DNA of 64,000 nt from Candidatus Marinacidobacterales bacterium (GTDB lineage Bacteria > Acidobacteriota > Vicinamibacteria > Marinacidobacterales > SMYC01): NCBI GenBank assembly GCA_965224085.1, contig CBDCYI010000011.1, forward strand, positions 256,001-320,000. The letters are read 5' to 3'. The notes under the pieces are model-generated. The model was not told the origin of the DNA and made no database searches. It saw only the letters and a list, made by a program, of their open reading frames with translations. Made by a program: the position numbers and the translations under genes. Shown piece after piece: positions 30,668 to 38,526 of the stretch (positions are counted from its first letter, which is position 1; the number at the start of each line of letters is the position of its first letter).

Positions 30668-32669
30668 CCCATGTTTACCCTTTATGGGCACCCTAACGCT
30701 CGTAAGTGACTGAATTCAAAGGAACGGGGGTTGAATTTGCCCAAAACGTAGAGACAGATATTGTGCTTTTAGCGCCATTAATACGTTGTAATCGTGGACA
30801 ATGATATGTAGTATGCGTGAGGACAGGTTATGTTCTTCCGCATCGTTCGGGCCGCAGGCGGCAAAGGGGTTCAACATGAGTATGTCCGCCTGGTCGAGTC
30901 GTATCGGGAGCACGGCAAGCCGAAGCAACGCGTAGTGTGCAACTTGGGGCGCAAGGATCTCCTAGTTGCCAATCTCGACTCCCTCAATCGGTTGCTTGGG
31001 GCCGGTGAACCGGCCGACACCGAGCGAGCAGCCGAGCAGATCGCGGGGGCAGACGCGTGGGATTGGGGTCCGATGGTGGTGACGGCGACGCTGTGGCGCG
31101 AGCTCGGACTGGAGCAGATTCTCGACCGGCTCGGAGGCCGCGGCAAGCGCGACGGAGTGGCGCTAAGCGAGCGAGCTTTGGTGCTGGTCGCCAACCGGCT
31201 ATGTGCTCCGTCAAGCGAGCACGGTCTGGCGCGCTGGCTCGAGACCGACTTCGTCTGCGACCGGCAGGGGCGGCGGTGGGTGCCGCAGTGGCGCGATGAT
31301 GGGGAGCGGCGAGCGAGTCGCTCCCCGCGGGTTCGCGTGGAGTTTTGCCAACTCAAGCAATGGTACCGAACGCTCGACCAGCTGCATGCCCGCAAAGAAC
31401 AGATCGAGAAAGAGCTGTTTTTGCGCTTGCGGGATCTGTTTTCGCTTGAGGTTGACATGGTGTTTTACGACCTGACGTCGACGTACTTCGAAGGTCAAGG
31501 CCCTCCGGGGCTCGGCGCCCACGGCTACAGTCGCGACCGCAGACCGCGTAACCGGCAAGTGCTTGTCGGTCTGGTGATGGTGGACGGTTGGCCGATCGCC
31601 CACCATGTTTTCGCCGGCAACTGGCGTGACGCGAAAACGGTGCCGCAGGTGCTCAACGATCTCAACGAACGATTCGGTTTGCACCGCGTGGTTTTTGTCG
31701 GCGACCGAGGGATGGTAACGAGCGACAGCCTGGCGGTGGTGCGCTCGCGCAAGCAGGGCTATCTCGTCGGGCTGCAAAGACGACGGCGCGAGGAGGTCTA
31801 TCGTTACATCGAGCGCGCCAGCGGAGAGTGGATCGACTGCCCTGGTGGCATCACGGTGAGCGAAAAAGCCGAGCCACCTAAGACTCGTGTGCAAGAAGTC
31901 CGCTCCGAGCAGTCTGGCGTGCGCATCTTCGTCGTTCACAGCGACGAAAGGCTCGCCTACGAGCGCGGGCAGAGGCTGCGGGCCATGGGACGTGCCCGTG
32001 CGGCATTCGAGGCCCTTGAGCGCCGCGTGCGCGAGGGACGATTGAAAGCCCCCGAGAAAATCGGTGCCGCCGCCGCGCGCATACAGGCACGCCACCACGG
32101 TCACCGTTACTACGACTGGGAGTACAAAAACGCTCGCTTCCGCTTCTTCGAGCACCCGGTCAACCTCAAGCGCGAGCAAGCCTACGAGGGTAAGTACGTT
32201 ATTCAAACCGAGGAGCAAAACCTCTCTCCGGTCGACGCCGTGCGCCTTTACAAGGACCTAAACGAGGTCGAGCGAGCCTTCTCATGCCTTAAGGATGTCA
32301 TTGAGATGCATCCCGTTTACCACCAGACCGATGAGCGTGTGGAGGCACATCTTTTCGTAGCTACGCTGGCCTTCCTTGTGCATCGGGCTCTTGAGAAAAA
32401 GCTCAAGGTCGCCGAACTCGACCTGTCCGCAACCGAGGCACTACAAGCGCTACGCTCGGTCCGGCTCGTCGACTTACAGCTGGGTTCTGGGCGGACCAAG
32501 CGCGTCGTCACGCGCGGCACCGCTCGCGCCAACTCGATCCTGACTGCACTCGGAATCGTTGAACGCGACCCGCCAGCCTTCTCCGAGGAGGTGCTGTCAG
32601 CGTAGAGACAAACCGCGGATCTCAGTCCTTTGTTTATGATGACTTAGAGACCTAAAAGGGAAACATGGG
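30668..32669 (+). mobile_element. Complete IS1634-family element (2002 bp)
   Basis: IRs CCCATGTTTACCCTTTA and TAAAAGGGAAACATGGG; CTAG duplication at 30664-30667 and 32670-32673. Confidence 0.93.
30830..32605 (+). CDS. IS1634-family transposase
   Basis: YVRLVESYR, FYDLTSTYFEG, GDRGM and YKDL.EVERAF..LK motifs. Confidence 0.93.
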   Translation: MFFRIVRAAGGKGVQHEYVRLVESYREHGKPKQRVVCNLGRKDLLVANLDSLNRLLGAGEPADTERAAEQIAGADAWDWGPMVVTATLWRELGLEQILDRLGGRGKRDGVALSERALVLVANRLCAPSSEHGLARWLETDFVCDRQGRRWVPQWRDDGERRASRSPRVRVEFCQLKQWYRTLDQLHARKEQIEKELFLRLRDLFSLEVDMVFYDLTSTYFEGQGPPGLGAHGYSRDRRPRNRQVLVGLVMVDGWPIAHHVFAGNWRDAKTVPQVLNDLNERFGLHRVVFVGDRGMVTSDSLAVVRSRKQGYLVGLQRRRREEVYRYIERASGEWIDCPGGITVSEKAEPPKTRVQEVRSEQSGVRIFVVHSDERLAYERGQRLRAMGRARAAFEALERRVREGRLKAPEKIGAAAARIQARHHGHRYYDWEYKNARFRFFEHPVNLKREQAYEGKYVIQTEEQNLSPVDAVRLYKDLNEVERAFSCLKDVIEMHPVYHQTDERVEAHLFVATLAFLVHRALEKKLKVAELDLSATEALQALRSVRLVDLQLGSGRTKRVVTRGTARANSILTALGIVERDPPAFSEEVLSA

Positions 32670-33354
32670 CTAGGGCTGTGTAGAGCACATTGCTCTTCTC
32701 AACATACTCTTCTGCCTTCAGCGGTGCCAGTCTCAAGCTCTCGTAGCGAAACCTCAGCCGCTCACGCCCCATGAGCGTGATTTGGAACTCCTCCTCTGTC
32801 AGAGCCTGTCCTCCTCCGCGTAGAAACGGCACGATGGGAAGAATCGGTATTTGATGACGCAGCCAGAGCAAAGCGTGGTAGTTGTACATCCTTCGTTCGA
32901 AATCCTGCTCTTGGGCCGCTTGGACTTCGACATGAACGAGAATGAGCTCGGCGTCTCCTTCGAGGGTTTTGATCTCAGCGACGACGTCGGCTTCCCGCCG
33001 TCTGCCCTCTGGAAGGTCCATGAAGAGCTCTTTGTCCAAGAAACGAAGCGTGTCGAAGTCGAGGCGCTTCTCTGCGTCCGGATAGAACATCTGCAAAAAC
33101 TCACGAAATAGGCCTTTCAGAAGATCCTTGAATAGTTGGTCGTGACCCATCTGAGCTGTCTCCCTGTGCACAACAGACGACAAACTCAGGGACAAACCTC
33201 CTTTCCTCCTCCGATTTTCTTCCGGCGACCGGGTGTTAGAATTGCCGACGACGTGATCGGCCAAACGCTTGCCCACTGCAAGATCCTGGAGAAGATTGGC
33301 CAGTGCGGAATGGACTCCCCACGCCGGATCAAGAGAAAACGTTCTTCGTAATAG

Positions 33355-34623
33355 TCATCCGCGATTCGCTTTTTTTGTGGGCCACCGGGAGGGGTCGTAA
33401 AGGGTTCCTTGTCGAAGCATCGCAATGGCGATGGGGAGAATGCGGTCCATGACGCCTCTGAGAGCTCTGGCATGGCTGTGGCCTCTGTCACGAAGCCGGT
33501 CGTAGTGTTCTTTGAAGTGGGGGTCGTGCAAAACGGCAGTGCGTGCCCAATGGTGGAGAGCATTATTGAGGGGCAAAGAGCGAGCTCTCCTCATCAGGAT
33601 CGTTGGTCGCAACTGACCGCGCTTGCCGCTCTTTTTTGTGACAGGAGCAATGCCGCCGAGAGTCCTGAAGGCGTTGAGATTACGGAGCCGAATGGGGTCG
33701 TGGGCATAGCAGAGCACGGAGGCGAGCACGTAAGCACCGACGCCGGGCAAAGAGGCAAGAATGGCAGGGTCGGAGCAATGCTCGTCGGTTAGTGCTTGCA
33801 CGCGCTTGAACCACTTCTCGAGATGCTGGTCGGAGGCACGACGATGTTGTCGAACGAGGAGCAACTGCTGGAGTAGTAGTTGGAGATGCTCGGCGGTAGC
33901 TTGAGTGGTTGCGGTTGCGACCCGGAGAGGTTTTTGTTTGAGGGTATCGAGGATCTTCTCGGGTTTTAGACGTCGGATGCGGTGTTTTTGAGCGAGGGTC
34001 TCAATGGAGTGGCGGCTAAGAGGGTTGGGGCTGGATTCGAAGAAGAGTTTTAGGAGCTCGCAGAAAAAAGCGTCGAGAGCCTTGTCCTTTGGCGCGAGCG
34101 AGACGAGGTGAGGCCAGCAACGAGTAAGGAGTTCTCGGATCTGCGAGCTGAGGGCCACATGGTTTTTGACGAGTTGGTCGCGGGTACTCAGCAACCCGCG
34201 CATAGCGAGGATCTCCGTAGGTGGGAGATGCAAGCGCTGAAAGCGGTGGCCGTCGGTTCTGAGCGAATCGGCGAGAACGAAGGCGTCTCGCCGATCATCC
34301 TTGGCGCCGCTCATAGAATGCCGGTCGCGGAAACGGTCGACCTGCTTGGGATTGATGGAGAAAATGGCGATGCCGTGGTCAAGAAAGAGCTCGACGACGG
34401 CCCCATGAGGTTTTTCGATCGCCACCGCGATGCGCTCGGTATCTTGCGAGGTCTCTTCCAAAAGCCAGTCGATGGTTCCCGATAGTCCTTCGCGGCTATG
34501 GGGGAAGCCTCTCTCCGCCAAGAAGTTACCTTTGGCATCGACCACACTGGCCAAGTGAAGCCATTGACCCAGGTCGATACCGACGAAGAAGTCGTATTTG
34601 AGTTGATTCATGGAAGAACTCAT
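33355..34623 (-). CDS. IS110-family DEDD recombinase/transposase
   Basis: FVGIDLG (D), AIEKP (E), KDDRRDA (D,D), LPGVG and APVTKKSGK (Ser). Start at 34623 or 34611, not 34686. Confidence 0.93.
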   Translation of the reverse strand: MSSSMNQLKYDFFVGIDLGQWLHLASVVDAKGNFLAERGFPHSREGLSGTIDWLLEETSQDTERIAVAIEKPHGAVVELFLDHGIAIFSINPKQVDRFRDRHSMSGAKDDRRDAFVLADSLRTDGHRFQRLHLPPTEILAMRGLLSTRDQLVKNHVALSSQIRELLTRCWPHLVSLAPKDKALDAFFCELLKLFFESSPNPLSRHSIETLAQKHRIRRLKPEKILDTLKQKPLRVATATTQATAEHLQLLLQQLLLVRQHRRASDQHLEKWFKRVQALTDEHCSDPAILASLPGVGAYVLASVLCYAHDPIRLRNLNAFRTLGGIAPVTKKSGKRGQLRPTILMRRARSLPLNNALHHWARTAVLHDPHFKEHYDRLRDRGHSHARALRGVMDRILPIAIAMLRQGTLYDPSRWPTKKANRG

Positions 34624-34635
34624 TTCCGCCAGCGC

Positions 34636-34772
34636 ATGTGATGTTTCATCGGCCCCTGTACTGGCGCTCGAAGCGCAACTCCCCACTGGATGTCCATCAC
34701 AAAAGAATTGCCGGCACGCATGTCCATTCCTGGCGCTAGGAGCGCAGGGCGACGTATGGCGTTGCCGGCAAG
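34636..34772 (-). ncRNA. Predicted IS110 bridge RNA (target-binding loop, then donor-binding loop)
   Basis: Two stem/internal-loop domains, each with a UGCGCU-nnn-AGCGCCAG hairpin. Guides ACGUCGCCC/GGAAUGG match the target flanks; GUGGGGAGU/GUACAGG match the element ends. RNA ends are approximate. Confidence 0.88.
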
Positions 34773-34818
34773 CTGCTGACGAAATCGAAAATAGTCCAAG
34801 CTCATCGTGATATTTGCT

Positions 34819-35235
34819 CTACCATGGCAATCGGAGTTGTCGCGCGATGCCACGAGTTCGTGCTCGGTTTTTTCTCGGTAGTTTCGGGCGAAGCACGTCC
34901 GAGAGTTTTTCTCGAATGTAAAGAACATAAGGCGGGTCTAGATATTGACTTTGCACTTCCTGGAGCACAGGTGAAAAATAACGAAGGGAGCGAATGGGCT
35001 GCAGTGGCTCCTCATGTTCTTGTAGCTCCCTACGAGCGCAACCCAGAAGTAGGGCACACTCGAATTCGTGTAACGGGACTCCTTGGCGGTAGAGCTGCGT
35101 CGCGATGAAGCGGTCGTCGCGCCGTGGCCGCTCAGGTGTGTTCGGAATGGAAAGATAGAGGTCCAAAATCGTCCGGACGTAATTGTTTTCTGTCAGAGCA
35201 TCGCTCGTGAGCGGTTCATTACCCAGCTTCGACAT
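34819..35235 (-). CDS. IS110 cargo ORF-B, hypothetical 138-aa protein
   Basis: ATG overlaps the ORF-A end; GGAGG..AAGG RBS; YVRTILDLY...IRSLRYF...Y. Confidence 0.8.
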   Translation of the reverse strand: MSKLGNEPLTSDALTENNYVRTILDLYLSIPNTPERPRRDDRFIATQLYRQGVPLHEFECALLLGCARRELQEHEEPLQPIRSLRYFSPVLQEVQSQYLDPPYVLYIREKLSDVLRPKLPRKNRARTRGIARQLRLPW

Positions 35236-35632
35236 CCTTTAGCCTCCCGCGTCGGCCGCAGATACAGCATTTGGCATATCTGATACTGTCAATCTTCGTT
35301 TTCATTGAATGAGCCATCGGGCCACTAGCTTGAATTTCACGAACTCCTAGACTGCCAGAATTACTGGGGTGAATGAACCCTTGCTCCGTCACTATTTTCG
35401 CCGCCTGGCGTAGACGATAATTCTGTTGCCGAGCCGCGTGGAGTTTTCGTGAGTTGAAACCTTTCTGGTAATTTCGGTTATTTTCGCGCTGGTTCTCTCG
35501 CCGGGTTTCGTCACGGCAGGTTGGACCGCAGTAGCACTGTCCCTGGTAACATGACTTGCAGATGAAGAAAGGCATCCCACAGCTTTTGTTGCGGCAGAAA
35601 AGCCGGAGAAGAACGACAGGTTTGGTGGCCAT
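35219..35632 (-). CDS. IS110 cargo ORF-A, Cys-rich Zn-finger-like basic protein
   Basis: CRNKSC..F.ICKSC.QGQ.YCGPTC, a basic helix (RQQNYRLRQ) and C-terminal CCICG; start 35632 (or 35729). Confidence 0.8.
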   Translation of the reverse strand: MATKPVVLLRLFCRNKSCGMPFFICKSCYQGQCYCGPTCRDETRRENQRENNRNYQKGFNSRKLHAARQQNYRLRQAAKIVTEQGFIHPSNSGSLGVREIQASGPMAHSMKTKIDSIRYAKCCICGRRGRLKDVEAG

Positions 35633-36098
35633 TCGGAACTCAGCAAAGTGCTGGACGATGGCCGCCCGGATGTGAGAGGCTAGCTTCAACTTGTAGTGGA
35701 GCGCCTCCTCCGGGGGCCATCCAAACATCAGAGCCCCGGTCGTTTGTAGCGGCTGGGGCTCACTATTGTCGCACAGCAGGTTCACCCTCTTCTTGCCGGC
35801 GCGAGACGATCTGACTGACTCGCGCCAAAGGCGCGAGAGGATGCTGGCCTCGCGCCAGAGGCGCGGGATGAGGCCTTGTACACAGACATTTCCTACCGAC
35901 TCTTCCCGCAACACACGCTTTCGCTGCACTGATGCTTCGGCAAGCGTACAGGGTGACGTTTATCTGGCCCAGGACACGAAGCTCGGTCGCAGGGTTGCGC
36001 TCAAGGTTCTCCCTCCCGCGCTGGCGGAAAGCGAAGCGCGCCGGGCTCGCTTCAAACGTGAGGCCAAAGCCCTCGCAGCCCTGAATCATCCGAACATC

Positions 36099-36245
36099 AC
36101 GACACCGTCTCGAGCGCTATCAAAGCGTGCGGGAGCTTGAAGGTCGACGCGGGCGCGGTCCTCACCGCGCATTCGTCGGGATCGCTGACGTAAGGCGTCG
36201 GATCGTCCAACGGCCACACCATCACGATGGGCCTGTCGCGGATTA
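36099..36245 (-). pseudogene. Class D beta-lactamase/transpeptidase-like fragment
   Basis: Manual translation ...[19 protein letters not shown] (SxxK at 36136-36147), abutting the kinase remnant. Confidence 0.6.
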
Positions 36246-36259
36246 GCGGCGCGACCTAC

Positions 36260-36907
36260 TCAGTCCGCGGCGGCGCCGGTGCCGATGGCGCCCAGCGACA
36301 CGAGCCAGATCGAGAAGGGGATCGCTCCTAGCGGAAAGAGGAACGACCACCCCGAGTCTCGGGTGAGGACCGCGATCGGTGGGGCCGCGCCGTACACGAG
36401 ACCGCCGAGAATGCCCACGACGGCCAGGGGACGCGCCAACATCACCCAACGCCATCCGACGCGCCCAGCAACGACGGCAGAGGACCAACATAGCACCGGA
36501 TAGGCCACGACGGAGAGCATCAGGTGCGTGTCGAGAATGGGCGTCGCGCCGCCTGCCGAGAGAGCGGCCACATCCATATCCGCGATCAGATGGAAGAACG
36601 CTTCGACGGACCAGAGCGCGCTCCCTACGACGGCCCACGTCATCGCCCGTCCGGCCCGTCGGCGAAACGCGTCGTCGCGTCTGGCGAGGACGAAGGCGAT
36701 CACGAGGAATACGGCTCCCGCGAGCGTTAGCCAATGGGAGAGCGGCCAAGACGGATCCGAAAGCATTGCCACGAAGTGCGCATCGAAGCCGGCAGTTGGA
36801 TCACCTGGCGGGTGGTTCATGCCGCCCGCCACGAACAGCACCCCCGCCACGACCATCGCAGCCCGCCACGACCACGATTGGCCCGCCTTGGTGCTCGATG
36901 CAGACAT
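36260..36907 (-). CDS. Hypothetical membrane protein
   Basis: 215-aa ORF with about 6 hydrophobic segments and a GG..HP motif. Confidence 0.75.
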   Translation of the reverse strand: MSASSTKAGQSWSWRAAMVVAGVLFVAGGMNHPPGDPTAGFDAHFVAMLSDPSWPLSHWLTLAGAVFLVIAFVLARRDDAFRRRAGRAMTWAVVGSALWSVEAFFHLIADMDVAALSAGGATPILDTHLMLSVVAYPVLCWSSAVVAGRVGWRWVMLARPLAVVGILGGLVYGAAPPIAVLTRDSGWSFLFPLGAIPFSIWLVSLGAIGTGAAAD

Positions 36908-37269
36908 GGTGCGAGGAATCTACCAGATCCTCCTTCTGATGGCCAATGCGTCGTGGAATTGAGGAATAGGAACTTTGACTCCAAGCACCTCGTGTACTGG
37001 CACGAACTGGAGTGCTCGGGAGTACGGAACAGCGGGATGGATGGGGAGAGTCCGTCCTAGGGCCAGCACCCCGGTGTTGTTTTGTGCCGAGGCGGTTCCT
37101 AGGGGGCGCCGGGCGCAGACGGGTATCGCGCTGGGACGGGTGCGGTGTTGTCAGGTCGCTGGTTGTGGCGGAGGAGCTCGGCGTAGATGGGCTATAGCTC
37201 AGCCCTCGCCGATACCGGTTCAGGCGCACCGTGGGGTACGGCGAGGACTTACATTCTGGGTGTCTGGGT

Positions 37270-37663
37270 CATCCCCGTCGAAGGTGTTGACGCTAGACAT
37301 TTGGCGACGCCAGGGTCTTTGCCAGATTGGTCGCCGGATGGGCGATTCATCTCCTTTCCTTTGAGGGTCCCCGCCGCGTCCCGGCAGATGGGGGAATCCT
37401 GAGCAGTTAGCGGAGGCGGAAGCGGTCGAGGGCGTACGATGGTCGAAGGATGGCCGCGGATCAATTTCTGCAGAAGCACCGATAGCGGAAGAAATTTCTG
37501 GGAGGTGTCGGCCGAAGGCGGGGCGGAACGAGCTCTAACCGAGCTCGAGGGCAAGCGAGGCATCGCGAATAGGTGGGCCCTGTCAACGGACGGACACTAT
37601 CTCTACTTTGTGTGGCAGGAGGAGTTCGGAGACATCTGGGTCATGGACGTCACCCAAGATTAG
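37270..37663 (+). pseudogene. TolB/PD40 propeller C-terminal remnant
   Basis: PDWSPDGRFISF and STDGHYLYFVW...DIWVMDV* in broken frames. Confidence 0.55.
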
Positions 37664-37696
37664 CGAACGCCACTCTCGCTCGCTTCTATTGACTAC

Positions 37697-37724
37697 CTAT
37701 AGGAGTTGTCGTGTACTCCTATAG
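37697..37724. promoter_or_regulatory. Inverted repeat, likely PadR operator
   Basis: CTATAGGAG-N10-CTCCTATAG just upstream of the padR start. Confidence 0.6.
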
Positions 37725-37740
37725 TCTAGCTGTAGAAGTC

Positions 37741-38357
37741 ATGATGAGAGCATCGAAGACCGACGTCCCGCCTGGAACGCTCGAGCTCCTGATTCTGAAG
37801 ACTCTGTCTCTCGAGCCCATGCACGGGCTCGGCGTGTCGAAACGGCTCGAGCAGATCACCCGCGGCACGTTTCAAGTGAACCCTGGGTCGTTTTTTCCCG
37901 CGCTTCATCGTATGGAGCAAGAAGGGTTCCTGGAAGGTGAGTGGGGTCGCTTGTAGCCCCCGAAAGATTTAGTCTCGGCTTGCTCGGTACATTCGGGATG
38001 ACGGGGTTTCTCCTGGCGCTCGTCGGTGTATACGGCGTCTTGTCCCACGTGGTAAGCCTGAGGCGACAGGAGTTCGGTCTTCGTATTGCCCTTGGTGCAC
38101 GAACGGTGGAGATCGCACGCATGGTGCTCGCGCGGGGAACGCGAGTCGTCGCCTCCGGGGTCGCGATCGGTCTCGTCGCTGCCATCGGTCTCGCCCGCCT
38201 CATCGAGAGCCTGCTCTACGCGGTCAGCCCGACGGGTCCCGCGACCTATGCGATCGTGGCGGCGCTCGTTCTCGCGGTCAGTCTCCTAGCGTGTGCCGTT
38301 CCCGCCTACCGGGCTGCGCAGATCGACCCAATGAAGACGTTGCGCTTGGAGCAGTGA
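37741..38357 (+). pseudogene. Truncated PadR fused to the C-terminus of an ADOP/FtsX-type ABC permease
   Basis: GTLELLILKTL...HG.G...GS..PALHR.E..G...EWG, then ...GVYGVLS..V..RRQEFGLRIALGA...PAYRAAQIDPM..LR. Confidence 0.85.
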
Positions 38358-38526
38358 CGGCGAGACACACGACGAGCGCCACCCGCGCTGACGATGAGAT
38401 GTTACTGCTTGTCGTGAACTCGTCTCGCATGGGGTGTGCGGATACACCGGATAGCGAGCCGTTGAGGTCTCGAGTTCAGATGACGTCGATGCGCACCTTG
38501 CGTTCGCGCTCATTTGATTCGGCCGG

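Larger units (their letters stand above)
30239..33150 (-). pseudogene. Rpn/YhgA-like PD-(D/E)XK nuclease gene with DUF4351-like tail, interrupted by IS1634
   Basis: MGHDQLFKDLL...FLDKEL...READVV...VHVEVQ; removing the IS restores LYTAL|AALMD; C-terminal GREEG...RFGPLP. Confidence 0.85.
33314..35950 (-). mobile_element. IS110-family element (2637 bp) with two cargo ORFs and an internal bridge RNA
   Basis: Boundaries come from rejoining the kinase gene; 2-bp core GG at 33312-33313 and 35951-35952; no terminal IRs; guide matches at 34655-34755. Confidence 0.9.
33253..36098 (+). pseudogene. Hanks-type Ser/Thr kinase N-terminal remnant split by the IS110 element
   Basis: MIGQTLAHCKILEKIGQCGM(G) at 33253-33313 resumes at 35953 as (G)[19 protein letters not shown]...[17 protein letters not shown], then is truncated. 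Confidence 0.88.

Noticed and set aside
34624-34686. N-terminal extension of the IS110 ORF to 34686
   Set aside because: It overlaps the donor-binding loop, and the DEDD domain begins right after the ATGs at 34623/34611.
35633-35950. Left non-coding end as the bridge RNA location
   Set aside because: Only partial matches (GTACAAGG, GAGTC, GGGTGA) without a paired-loop layout; 34636-34772 has all four guides in the right order.
35766-36140. 124-aa ORF as an intact kinase
   Set aside because: Its first half is antisense IS110 end sequence; the true kinase start is at 33253.
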